DNA of 64,000 nucleotides from an uncultured Planctomycetota bacterium (GTDB lineage: Bacteria > Planctomycetota > Planctomycetia > Isosphaerales > Isosphaeraceae), in contig CAVTTN010000002.1 in the NCBI GenBank assembly GCA_963737655.1, forward strand, positions 7,392,001 to 7,456,000, in the 5' to 3' direction. Below the pieces are notes generated by a model. It worked only from the letters and a program-made list of their open reading frames with translations. It was not told the origin of the DNA and searched no databases. Within the stretch, counting starts at the first letter, position 1; each line of letters starts with the position of its first letter. This document shows, piece after piece, positions 42,026 through 52,723 of the stretch. A program made the translations under genes and the position numbers.

Positions 42026-44260
42026 ATGGACCGAATCATCCAGCCCTACCCGGGCCCCGGCGCCCCGTCGCGGCTGGCCCCGGCCTCCCCGGCGCCTCTC
42101 CCGGCGATGACCTTGCCCGGCAAGTCCCCCGCGGACTTCGCGCGGGCCGTCCGCCGCCGCTGGCCGCTGGTCCTGGTCGTCGCCGTGGTCGTGACCTCGG
42201 CCGGGGCGGCCTATGTGGTTCGGATGCCCGCCGTCTACAAGGCGACGGCCCAGATCATGATCGAGCCGCCGAGGTTCGATTCGCATCTGGCCATCATCCT
42301 CTCCAACGGCCAGGTCCCGCCCGTCGATCGCGAGTCGTCGGAGCGCTACGTGCCGAACCGGATCGCCCGACTCACCGGCCGGGCGATGGCCGAGGAGGTC
42401 GTGGCCCGGAGCGACCTGGGCCTGGGCAAGGGCTACGAGGGCGACCCCGCCGCCGAGATCCTCAACGGGATGACCTCGCGACGGCTCCAGACCGGCACGA
42501 ACATCTTCGAGGTCGCGCTCGAAGGCGCCGACCCCACGAGGATCACCAAGCTCCTGGAATTCCACCTCGGTTACTTCGCCGACAAGATCTTCGACGAGAG
42601 TTCCCGGGAGCTGGACAAGTCCAAGACCTGGGCGTCCGAGGGGCTCAAACAGCACCGCAAGGAGCTGGCCGAGCTCGACGAGAAGATCGATGCCCAGATC
42701 CGCGAGACGCCCCACTTCGCCCCCGGAGGCCGCAACATCCTCCAGGATGATTATGCGGCCATCAAGTCGCTGATCCTGACCAAGAAGGCCCGATTCGACG
42801 ACCTCCGCCACGAGGAGCGGATCGCCCAGCTCTGGCCGGGCCTCAAGGGGGCCGGGCCGCCCAGCAAGTACTCGAGGAAGATCGAGGCCCTCCTGGAGCA
42901 GAAGGACCGGCTGGAGGGGCTCCTGGAAGACAGCCTCCGGGTGGTCCGCAACCCGGGGAGCGACGCGGCCACGCGGTACTTTACGAAGTCGCTCGACAAG
43001 GTCCTGGACGACCTGGAGAGGCTCACGAAGCTCGACGTCTCGCCCGACCTGCCCGATCGCTCGGCCCTGATCCTGGCCCACTCCTCCGAGGAGATCCGCA
43101 AGCTCGAACGCGAGCTGAAAGACCTCCTGGACCAGGTCCAGGCGAACATGCCGGCCTATCAGAAGTATCAATCCTTGATGAGGGAGCGGGACCAGAAGGA
43201 AGCCAGCCTGGCCGACATGCAGAAGCGGCTGACCCAGTTCCAGATGGTCGCCGAGTCCAAGAGCCGTCCGGTGGAGATCCTCCTGAAGCCGACCGAGCCC
43301 GGCGGCCCGGTCCGGCCGAACCGGCCGATGCTGATCGCGCTCTCGGCGTTCTTCGGCCTGGCCCTGGGCGTGGGATTGGTGTGCGTCCGCGAGTACCTGG
43401 ACCGCTCGGTCAAGGTGCCCGAGCACCTGGTCGCGGGGCTGTCCCTGCCTTTGGTCGGCGTCGTCCCGAGGATTCGCCGCCTGGCCCGGACGCAGAGGGC
43501 CGGACATCTCTGGACCCATGGCGACCCGCTCTCGATCGAGGCCGACGCGTATCGCAACCTCCGGGCCAGCCTCGTCGGCCTGACCGGCCCGAATGGCCCG
43601 GTCGTCTCGGTCCTGGTGACCAGCGCCAAGGCCGGCGAGGGCAAGAGCACGACCGCGCTGAACCTGGCCACGACCTGCGCCCGGGCGGGCGAACGGGTCC
43701 TCCTGATCGACGTGGACCTCCGCCGCCCCAGCCTCGCCGAGGTTTTTGACGCCCAGGAGCCGAACGTCGGGCTGGTGGACGTCCTCCGGGGGGACATGCC
43801 CTGGCCCCAGGCCGTGATTCGCACCGACGTGCCGAACCTGAACTTCCTCCCGGCCGGCGATCCGACGGGCGTCCCGGTGGAAGTCCTCGGCACCCTGGAG
43901 CTCCGGCAGTTGCTCAAGGCGGTCACCGGGCAGTATCACCGGGTGATCCTCGACGGGCCGGCCGTCCTGGGGCTGGCCGATTGCCGGATGCTCGGCCGGG
44001 TCGTCGATGCGGCGATCCTGGTCGTCCGGTGCGGGGCCCACGAGATCCGCCCGCTTCGGCGGGCCAAGGAGATGCTGGAGCAATCGAGGGTGCCGGTGGC
44101 CGGTGTCGTCTTCAACGGCCTGAGCGAGGACATCGACAACTGGGCGAGCGAGTACGGCGCCCCGGCCCTGCCCAATCGCGCGACGCCTCGCTCCGACGCG
44201 GCCTCGCGCGGCCTGCCGGCCAGCCCGGAACCGGCCGTCGCCGGGTCGGACGGACCGTGA
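42026..44260 (+). CDS. wzc: Polysaccharide co-polymerase / BY-kinase (Wzc/GumC-CpsD type)
   Basis: Two TMs flanking a coiled-coil periplasmic region; EADAYRNLRASL, TSAKAGEGKSTT (Walker A), VLLIDVDLRRP (A') and VILDGPA (B). Confidence 0.92.
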   Translation: MDRIIQPYPGPGAPSRLAPASPAPLPAMTLPGKSPADFARAVRRRWPLVLVVAVVVTSAGAAYVVRMPAVYKATAQIMIEPPRFDSHLAIILSNGQVPPVDRESSERYVPNRIARLTGRAMAEEVVARSDLGLGKGYEGDPAAEILNGMTSRRLQTGTNIFEVALEGADPTRITKLLEFHLGYFADKIFDESSRELDKSKTWASEGLKQHRKELAELDEKIDAQIRETPHFAPGGRNILQDDYAAIKSLILTKKARFDDLRHEERIAQLWPGLKGAGPPSKYSRKIEALLEQKDRLEGLLEDSLRVVRNPGSDAATRYFTKSLDKVLDDLERLTKLDVSPDLPDRSALILAHSSEEIRKLERELKDLLDQVQANMPAYQKYQSLMRERDQKEASLADMQKRLTQFQMVAESKSRPVEILLKPTEPGGPVRPNRPMLIALSAFFGLALGVGLVCVREYLDRSVKVPEHLVAGLSLPLVGVVPRIRRLARTQRAGHLWTHGDPLSIEADAYRNLRASLVGLTGPNGPVVSVLVTSAKAGEGKSTTALNLATTCARAGERVLLIDVDLRRPSLAEVFDAQEPNVGLVDVLRGDMPWPQAVIRTDVPNLNFLPAGDPTGVPVEVLGTLELRQLLKAVTGQYHRVILDGPAVLGLADCRMLGRVVDAAILVVRCGAHEIRPLRRAKEMLEQSRVPVAGVVFNGLSEDIDNWASEYGAPALPNRATPRSDAASRGLPASPEPAVAGSDGP

Positions 44261-44289
44261 GACCCGAACCGACCCGGAGACCTCTCCCC

Positions 44290-45849
44290 ATGACCCGGTT
44301 CCCACGACTGGCGAAGCTCCTGGACTCGGCCCTCGGCGCCCTGCTCGTCCTGATCGTCGGCGGGACGGCGCTGGCGTTCGGCGGGTCGATCTGGTGGGCG
44401 GGCCCGGCCCTGGCCGTCGCGGTCAGCCTGGCCCTGGTGGCGTGGCTCTCGCGGATGGCCCTGAGCGGGCGATGGACGATGCTTCGCAGCCCGATGGCGC
44501 TGCTCGGTTGGGCCGCCCTGGGCCTGGCGTGCGTCCAGCTCGCCCCCTTGCCCGGTCGGCTCGCGACGGCCCTCTCCTCCCGGGCGAGATCGGCGCACGC
44601 CCTGGCGATGCTGCCCGGCATCGCCCAGGCCGACGACCCCGACGCCACGCTTCCCGAGCCCGTGGCCGACCGCTCGCCCGCCACCCTGGACCGTCCGGCC
44701 ACGCTCCGCTGGCTCGTCGGCGCCTCGGGCTGCCTGGCCGTGTTCGTGATCGCCTCGCATTTCGCCGATCGCCTGGGCCGGTCGGCCCTGATCTGGGGGA
44801 GTGTCGTCGGCGCCTTCCTGGTGGGGACGGCCTTCGGCGTCGTCCAGGTGCTCGGCGGGGTCTCCGCCCCGTTCGGCGTCCTGGAAGCGGGATCGGGACG
44901 GCCCGGCGCCCCGTCCCTGGACGACCTGAGGACGTCCCCCTCGACCACGTTCCTCCGGCCGATCGGCGATTCGTCGCAGGGGGTGGCGGCGTCGGCGGCG
45001 GTCCCGGACCGGCCGTTCCAGTTCGGGCCGTTCGTGGCGGGTCCCGGGGCGTATCTCGCCCTGGGTTCGCTCGCCCTGCCGCTGGGGCTGGGCCTGATGC
45101 TCCAGGCGATGGCCCCCCGGGGGAGCCGCGAAGGGCTGGCCGCCCGGCTCCGGGACTCGGGCAAGGGCGGTCAGGTCGCGCTCCTCGGCGTGTCGTCGCT
45201 CGTCGGGGCGGCGCTGATCGGCCATCTCGCCGGTCCGATCCTGGCGGTCCCGTTCGGGCTGGGGATCCTGGTGGTCGGGCTGCCGACGGCGAGGGCCTCG
45301 GGCCTCCGCTGGGCGGCCGTCGGGGTCTCGGCGGTGATGCTCCTGGCGCTGGGCCTGGGCGTGGCCTCGGGAGAGGCGTGGGGCCGTCCCCGAGGCTCGG
45401 ACGTCCTCGCGACGAGGGCCGACCTCCTGGCCGCCGAGGTCCGGGTGAAGGAGGCGGTCAAGATCGCCCGCGATTTCCCCGTCGTGGGCGCGGGCCTGGG
45501 CTCCTATCCGACGATCGCCGCCTATTACAAGGACCGCGACGAGTCGCCCGGGACGGCCGAGAGCAGCCTCCTCCAGTGGTGGGCCGAGGCGGGCGTGGCG
45601 GGCCTGGCGATCGCGGGGCTCGCGGCGGTCTGGTGCGTCGTCCGGCTGCCGGGGGCGATCCGCCGGGTGGGCTCGGCCGACCGGACCCTGGCGTTCACCC
45701 TGGTCGGCACGCTCGCGTGCTTCGCCACGTTCTCGGCGATCCACTGGACCGTGGAGCTCCTGGCCGTCGCCGTGGCCGCCAGCGCCGTGGCCGGGACGGC
45801 CAATCGCTGGCTGGCGGGAGGGACCGATTTGTTCGTGGAGAGGGCGTGA
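44290..45849 (+). CDS. O-antigen ligase-like (Wzy_C) multi-pass membrane protein
   Basis: About 12 hydrophobic segments; IARDFPVVGAGLGSY...AESSLLQWWAEAGVAG region typical of WaaL-like proteins, but with E where the usual HN His lies. Confidence 0.75.
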   Translation: MTRFPRLAKLLDSALGALLVLIVGGTALAFGGSIWWAGPALAVAVSLALVAWLSRMALSGRWTMLRSPMALLGWAALGLACVQLAPLPGRLATALSSRARSAHALAMLPGIAQADDPDATLPEPVADRSPATLDRPATLRWLVGASGCLAVFVIASHFADRLGRSALIWGSVVGAFLVGTAFGVVQVLGGVSAPFGVLEAGSGRPGAPSLDDLRTSPSTTFLRPIGDSSQGVAASAAVPDRPFQFGPFVAGPGAYLALGSLALPLGLGLMLQAMAPRGSREGLAARLRDSGKGGQVALLGVSSLVGAALIGHLAGPILAVPFGLGILVVGLPTARASGLRWAAVGVSAVMLLALGLGVASGEAWGRPRGSDVLATRADLLAAEVRVKEAVKIARDFPVVGAGLGSYPTIAAYYKDRDESPGTAESSLLQWWAEAGVAGLAIAGLAAVWCVVRLPGAIRRVGSADRTLAFTLVGTLACFATFSAIHWTVELLAVAVAASAVAGTANRWLAGGTDLFVERA

Positions 45850-45947
45850 GTTTTTTTCGGGGGAGAGGGTCGCCCGGAGGGCGGGCCTCGTGGTAATCTG
45901 CTCCGCCAAGGGATTGGTCGGGCGCCAGGCTAGGAGGCCGACGGGCG

Positions 45948-48349
45948 ATGCCGGAGACGACGTTCCTTCACATCCAGACGCGGGGCCGGGCCGCGACTCG
46001 GGTGGTGGAACTGCCCGGGGCTTCGGTCCGGGTGGGCCGAGGCGCTCAGTGCGAGGTCCGGTTGGGCGAGCCCGCGCTCGCCGAGGTCGAATGCCTGTTG
46101 AGGCGATCGGGCGAGTCCTGGCACGTCCAGCCGCTCAGCCCCTCCGGCCGGGTCGCCATCGACGGCCGCCCGGTGGACCACCTCCGCACCCTCTCGCCCG
46201 GGGTGGCGCTCCAGGTCGGCGAGCACTGGCTGACCCTCCGCCCGGCTCGGGCGAAGACCGAGGGCCTCGGCTCGTTCGACACGCCCATCCCGGTCGATCC
46301 GCCCTCGAGCTTCCTGCCTCGCGGCGCCTCGGCCGATCCCGAGAGGCTGGACGACCGCCGGGACGAGGAATCGGCCCGGCCGGTCCCGCCGAATGTGACT
46401 CCCCTGGGGGGCGCCGACAAGACCGAGAGGCTCGGCGCCTCGGTCGGCGACGGCTGGGAGAAGGCCCGCCGCGACGAGAAGGTCTGGGAGGCCCGCTGGA
46501 GGGCCGCCGGCGCCGCGATGAAGGCCCGCGAGCCGTCGCGAAAGGTCGCCGATCGCCGCCCGTCCTACCCCAAGCCGGCCGAGCCGCCCCGACCGGGACT
46601 CGTCCCGGTCGATCCGCCGTCGGCCTGGGTCCGCCCGGTCGCTCCGACGGAGATCGTCCCGCCCCGAGACCCGTCCGAACGGCTCAAAATCGTCCGCCCC
46701 GACGACGAGGAACCGGCCGAAGCCGACGAGTTTCCCGGAGACGAGGCCGCCGAGGCGGCTCCGAGCGATCCCCGGGCCGTTTCGCTCGCGGACGCTCCGG
46801 CCGAACCCCTGGCCCCGGCGCTCGACGAGGTTGCGGACCAGGGAAAGGCGGAAACCCCGGTCGAGCCGCCGATCGCCGAGGCTGTCGCCGTCGCCTTCCC
46901 GGCGCCCCTCCCCGAGCCTCCGATCGAGCCGACCGCTCCCGCGACGCCCTCGGAATCGATCGAGACGGCCTCGACCGAGCCTCCGGCCGCCGAATCCGCC
47001 CCGACGGCCGCCCTCGGCCTGCTCTCGGCGGCGCCTCCGCCTCCGAGGAAGCCGCGAGGGGGGCGTCGGCCGTCTCCGGGTCCGAGGCCGTCGCCGAGCT
47101 TGCCTCCGTTGCCCCAGCCCGACGAGCTGGAATGGCCCAGCGCCCGGGTGATCCTCGCCGCTCACGCGATGAGGGCCGAGCCCTCGGCGGCGGCGAAGCC
47201 CCGACCGCGCCGAGAGGTTCGCCCCGAGCCGACGGAGGCGGTCGCCCCGGGGCAGTGGTCCTTGCCCCTCTGGCTGGCGTGGCTGCCGCTCTCGTTCGTG
47301 ACGCTCGCCCTGGCCGGGGCCGGGACGTTCCTCGCCTGGACCTGGGGCCGAGACGCCCAGGACGCCGGGGCCGTCGCCGATCGCCTCCTTCGACCCGGCC
47401 GACCGGCCGACGAGCCGCCCTCGGCCGATTCCGGGGCGCCCAGGACCTGGTGGCGGACGACCGCGCCCCACCTCTCGCTCCGGGCGGCGTCGCTGTCGGC
47501 CTCGCCCGGCGACCCGACCCGGGAGGAGGACGCCCGCCAGCTCCTCGACGCGGCCCGATCGGCGTCCCCCCTGGAGCCCCTCGTCCCGCCTGGCGCTGGC
47601 TCGCCTCGCGAGTCGGGACCGCGACCCCTCGGCGGCCGTGGCGTCGCTCGGGCTGTCTCGCGACGTGCTCTCCAGGACCTGGACGGCCCGCCAGCTCGCC
47701 CGGGCCGGCAAGATCGACCCGGCGTTGCGGGCCTATCGCTCGGCCCTGGAGCTGGCCGCCGGCGCCGACCCGTCGCGATCGGGCGAGGGGCGATATCGCC
47801 CCGATGACCTCCGGTTCGCCCTGCCCAATGAGGCGATGAAGGAACGGGTCGTCCGCGACATGGCCGCGCCCGGCGACCTGCCGTTCGATCGGCTCAACGC
47901 GACTCTTCCCGACGAGGGCGGGACGCTCCTGGCGGCGTATCGCGTCCTGAAGGAGAGGGGGAGCGACGACGCCGACCGGCTCCTCGATCGCCTGACCGGC
48001 CTGGGCGAGGCCCCGGCCGGGGTGGCGGCGGCCGTCCACCGGGCGGCCGTGGCCGAGGGCCTGGCGATCCGAGGGCGGGCCGAGGAGGCCGAGGCGCTCT
48101 ATCGCCGGGCGATCGACGAGGCGGCCAACGAGCCGACCCGCCGCCGATGGCTGTACAACCTCGGGGAGATCCTGCACAAGGCCGGCGACCGTTCCGGGAC
48201 TCGCGACGCCCTGACCGCCGCCCGGGGCACCCGGGGCGACGACGAGATCGGCCGGGCCGCCAGCCAGGCCCTCTCGCGCCGGGATGGGATCCTCGCGACC
48301 GTCCCCGACCGGCGGTCGCCCCGGAGGCGATCCCCCGAACCGCCGCTGA
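45948..48349 (+). CDS. FHA-like domain / Pro-rich linker / single TM / TPR-like protein (frameshifts near 47585 and probably 48310; end approximate)
   Basis: N-terminal VRVGRG..C.VRL...W.V.......V.IDG...L.PG..L.VG FHA pattern; TM WLAWLPLSFVTLALAGAGTFLAWTWG; TPR-like ARAGKIDPALRAYRSALELA and GRAEEAEALYRRAID...WLYNLGEIL in ORF 47638.. Confidence 0.7.
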
Positions 48350-48445
48350 GGCCCTCCGCCTCGAATCGACGCAACTCCCCCTCAGGCCCCCGAACGGACG
48401 CGGGCCCAGCCGGCCGAACAGGCCACGACTCGAAGGATCGACGCG

Positions 48446-49333
48446 ATGGCGACCACCGCGGCCCTGGCACCCGAGAGCGCCCCGACGACCGCTTCCCCCG
48501 CCTCCGAGGCCCGGGCGAGGCTCGATCCCTGGGGATTGGCCGGCTCGCTCGGCCTGCTCGGCCTCCTCTACGCGGCCAACCTCCGCCAGTTCGTCAACAC
48601 CTGGTCCACCGACGCCAATTACAGCCACGGGTTCCTCGTCCCGGCCCTGGCCGCCTACTTCGCCCGGGAGGCGTCGAAGCAAGGCCCGGTGCCGATCCGG
48701 GGCGGGGCGGCCTGGGGCGTCTCCTTGATCCTGGCCTCGATCCTCGCCCACCTGGCCACGATCCTCGTGCCGGTGGGGATCGTCGGCGACCTGGGGTTCC
48801 TGCTCGGCCTGGCCGGGGTCGTCTCGTTGCTGCTCGGCGGCGAGGCGTTGAAGCGCTATCGCTTCCCCCTGGCCTTCCTGGTGTTCATGGTCCCCTTGCC
48901 GGTGGCGCTGTACGCCACGCTCGCCTCGCCGTTGCAGAGGCTGGTCAGCCAGTTCGGCGCGGCGCTGCTCAACGGCGTGGGGATCCCCGTCCTGTGCGAG
49001 GGGAACATGATGACCCTGCCGGGCGACGTCCACATGTTCGTGGCCGAGGCGTGCAGCGGGATGAGGCAGATGACCGGCTTCCTCGCCCTGACGACCGCCG
49101 TGGCGTACCTCTCGGGCCGGCCGGCCTGGTATCGCGCGGTCCTCGTGCTGTCCTCGGTGCCGATCGCCATGACGGCGAACGTCTTGCGGGTGATGCTCAC
49201 CGGAGTGATCATGTATCATTTCGACCCGAAATACGCCAGCGGCGAGTTCCATACGTTCGAGGGCCTGCTGATGATGGGCGTGGGCCTCGGCCTGCTCGCC
49301 CTGGAGTGCGCCGTGCTGAAGGCCGTCGCCTAG
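48446..49333 (+). CDS. xrt: Exosortase (EpsH / archaeosortase-exosortase family)
   Basis: YSHGFLVP, FLVFMVPLP, VAEACSGMR (catalytic Cys), ANVLR (Arg) and FHTFEG (His); about 8 TM. Confidence 0.92.
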   Translation: MATTAALAPESAPTTASPASEARARLDPWGLAGSLGLLGLLYAANLRQFVNTWSTDANYSHGFLVPALAAYFAREASKQGPVPIRGGAAWGVSLILASILAHLATILVPVGIVGDLGFLLGLAGVVSLLLGGEALKRYRFPLAFLVFMVPLPVALYATLASPLQRLVSQFGAALLNGVGIPVLCEGNMMTLPGDVHMFVAEACSGMRQMTGFLALTTAVAYLSGRPAWYRAVLVLSSVPIAMTANVLRVMLTGVIMYHFDPKYASGEFHTFEGLLMMGVGLGLLALECAVLKAVA

Positions 49334-49415
49334 CCGCCGGCCGCCCCGACGGCCGGGCCCGCGATGGCCGCGGCCTGAGTGTCCCGGACCGACCGAACAC
49401 CGAGGAAGGACGATC

Positions 49416-50087
49416 ATGACCCATCGACGATCGGCCGTCGCCCTGGCCTTGCTGGCCGTCGGCCTGACGGCCCACGCCGGGCTGGAGAAGGCCAACGAGA
49501 CCGAGCGGCCCCGCCTCAAGGCCGACCTCGACGCCATCCCCCTGAGGCTGGGGGACTGGGTCGGCCGGGACGAGGCGATGGACCCCGACATCCTCGAACG
49601 GACCCAGACCACCGATTACATCAATCGGGTCTACGAGGACACCCGTCACCCCGGCCTTGCCCTGAAGCTCTGGATCAATTACTCCGAGACGGGCCTGAAC
49701 CTCCGGCATTCGCCGGAGATCTGCCTGCCCTCCGGCGGCTGGACGAAGGTGGAGGCCCGGACGCGGCGGATGGACCTGGATCGGCCCGGGGGGGCCGCCC
49801 GGCCGATCATGAAACTGGCGTATTCGCAAGGCGATATGGTTCAGGACGTCGGTTTTTGGTACTACATTTTCGGCGAAGGCAGGGTGGAGCGGTACGTCCG
49901 CTCCCTGCCCATCACCAGCCGGAGCAGCCACGGGCGGACCACCCGGGGCTCCGGGCTCACGGTCGAGGTCTTCGGCCGGGGCGACTCGGACCCCGACGGC
50001 GAGGCCCTCCGGGAGTTCGCCTCCGCCTTGCTCGACCACCTGGAACCGATCCTCCCCGACCACCAGGCCGCGTATTACATCCCCTGA
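49416..50087 (+). CDS. epsI: Exosortase-associated EpsI family protein
   Basis: N-terminal anchor, IPLRLGDWVGRD, YINRVY, HSPEICLPSGGW and FWY; directly downstream of the exosortase. Confidence 0.85.
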   Translation: MTHRRSAVALALLAVGLTAHAGLEKANETERPRLKADLDAIPLRLGDWVGRDEAMDPDILERTQTTDYINRVYEDTRHPGLALKLWINYSETGLNLRHSPEICLPSGGWTKVEARTRRMDLDRPGGAARPIMKLAYSQGDMVQDVGFWYYIFGEGRVERYVRSLPITSRSSHGRTTRGSGLTVEVFGRGDSDPDGEALREFASALLDHLEPILPDHQAAYYIP

Positions 50088-50162
50088 ACCCATCATCCCC
50101 CGGACCCGATCAGACGCTCCCCTCGGCGGGGTGAGTCGCGGCGGACCGAGAAGGAGCATCCG

Positions 50163-51175
50163 ATGAAGCACGCCCTGATCACCGGGATCACGGGGCAGGA
50201 CGGTTCGTACCTCGCCGAATTCCTGCTCGGCAAGCCCGATTACGAGGTCCACGGCCTCGTCCGCCGGTCCAGCACCCTGAACCGGTCCCGGATCGACCAC
50301 ATCACGGCCGCCCCGGATCTCCGCAACCGCTTCCACCTCCATTACGCCGACCTCGCCGACGCCTCCAGCCTCGCCATGCTCATGGAGACGGTCCGGCCCG
50401 ACGAGGTCTACAACCTCGCGCGCAGAGCCACGTCCGCGTGTCGTTCGACCAGCCGCTGTACACGGCGGACGTCGTGGGCCTGGGGACCCTCCGAGTTTTG
50501 GAGGCGGTCCGGCAACTGGCCCGGAGCCAGTCGGTGAAGTTCTACCAGGCGAGCTCCTCCGAGATGTTCGGCTCGGCCGCCCCCCCGCAGACCATGGACA
50601 CGCCGTTCCACCCGCGGAGCCCCTATGCCTGCGCCAAGCTGTACGGCCACTGGCAGACGGTGAACTATCGCGAGGCCTACGGCCTGTTCGCCTGCTCGGG
50701 CATCCTCTTCAACCACGAGAGCCCGAGGCGGGGCGAGTCGTTCGTCACGAGGAAGATCACGCTCGGGGCCACCCGGATCAAGGAGGGCCTCCAGGCCAAG
50801 CTCGTGATGGGGAACCTGGACTCCCAGAGGGATTGGGGCTTCGCGGGCGACTACGTCCGGGCCATGTGGATGATGCTCCAGCAGGACCAGCCCGACGACT
50901 ACATCGTGGCCACCGGCGAGACCTATTCCGTCCGCCAGTTCCTGGAATGGACCTTCGCGCAGCTCGACCTGGACTATCGCGACTTCGTCGAGTTCGACCA
51001 GAAATACACCCGGCCGTCCGAGGTGGACGTCCTCCTGGGCGACCCCAGCAAGGCCCGCCAGAAGCTCGGCTGGGAGCCCGAGGTGGACATCCACGGCCTG
51101 ATCAAGATGATGGTCGATCACGACCTGGAGCTCGCCCGCCGCGAGAAGTACGCGCAAGGCTATCAGACCGTCTGA
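50163..51175 (+). CDS. gmd: GDP-mannose 4,6-dehydratase (1-nt frameshift near 50418)
   Basis: [22 protein letters not shown]/[49 protein letters not shown] and RDWGFAGDY. Confidence 0.95.
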
Positions 51176-51234
51176 TCGGACCTCGGGGGTGGGCGGAGCC
51201 CGCCCCGCCGAGCCCCTCGAACGGAGTCGTCGCC

Positions 51235-52651
51235 ATGCCGAAGGTCGCCATCCTGGGGCTCGACTCGCCGAGCCGTCCCTGGCGTTCGATCGGTTCGCCG
51301 ATCGCCTGCCGAACCTCTCGCGGCTCCGCGAGCGAGGGGCCTGGGGCACGCTCCGGAGCTGCGACCCGCCGATCACCGTCCCGGCGTGGATGTCGATGAT
51401 GACGGGCCACGACCCCGGCCGGCTCGGCTATTACGGCTTCCGCAACCGGGCCGATCGCTCCTACGGGCGGATGGCCACAGCCACGTCGCTGGCCGTGAAC
51501 GAACCCCTGCTCTGGGACCGGCTCGGCGACGCCGGCAACGACTCGATCCTGATCGGCGTCCCCCAGACCTATCCGCCCCGGCCGGTCCGCGGCCTGCTCG
51601 TGACCGACTTCCTCACGCCGTCGATCGAGTCGCAGTACACCTATCCGGCCGACCTCAAGGCCGAGATCGCCCGGATGCCGGAGGTCCACCCCTACGAATT
51701 CGACGTCGCCGACTTCCGCACCGACGACAAGGCCAGCATCCGCGACGCCATCGTTCGGATGACCGACAAGCGATTCGCCCTCGCCCGCCGGCTCCTGACC
51801 ACCAAGCCCTGGGACTTCTTCATGATGGTCGAGATGGGCACCGACCGCGTCCATCACGCCTTCTGGCAGTTCATGGACCCCAGGCACCATCGCTTCGTCC
51901 CGGGGAACCCGTTCGAATCCGTGATCGAGGATTATTACGTCCACCTCGATCGCAAGATCGGCGAGCTGCTGGAGCTTTTCCCGGGAGAAACCACGGTCCT
52001 GGTCGTCTCGGACCACGGCGGCCAGTGCATGGAAGGCGGGATCGCCCTGAACGAGTGGCTGGTCCGCGAGGGGTATCTCGCCCTCCAGGAGGCCCCGAGG
52101 ACGCCGACCCGGCTGGAAGGGCTGAAGGTCGATTGGGCGAGGACCCGGGCCTGGGGTTCGGGCGGCTACTACGGCCGGGTGTTCCTGAACGTGAAGGGCC
52201 GGGAGCCTCACGGGGCCGTCGATCCGGCCGATTACGAGTCGCTCCGCTCGGAGCTCGTCGAGAAGCTCGAAGCGATCGGCGATCCCCAGGGGCGACCGAT
52301 CGGCACCCGGCGTTGCGACCCGAGGACCTGTACCGAGAGGTCCGGGGGGCCGCGCCTCCCGACCTTCTCGTGTATTTTGGCGACCTCCGATGGCGGTCCG
52401 TGGGCCTCGTCGGCGGCGGCTCGATCCACACGTTCGAGAACGACACCGGGCCCGACGACGCCAACCACGCGCCCGACGGCCTCCTGATCGCCGCCGGGCC
52501 GGGCGTCGAGCCGTTCGGGCGAATCGCCGGGATGGGGATTCAGGACGTGGCGCCGACGGTCCTCCGCCTCTTCGGCCTGGACGTGCCGGACGACCTCCCC
52601 GGGCGCCCGATCGGGCCGATCGTGGGCGAGGAGGCGGTGGCTGCCCCTTGA
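51235..52651 (+). CDS. Alkaline phosphatase superfamily (type I phosphodiesterase / nucleotide pyrophosphatase) protein; frameshifts near 51268 and 52310
   Basis: MPKVAILGLDS, PPITVPAWMSMMTG..PG..G.YGF, DRVHHAFW, VVSDHG and NHAPDG...IQDVAPTVL spread over three frames. Confidence 0.85.
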
Positions 52652-52723
52652 CTCCGAGAGTCCCACCTCCTTAGGATGACCGCCGACAGATCGCATCTCG
52701 GCCAACGCATCAAGGATGATCGC

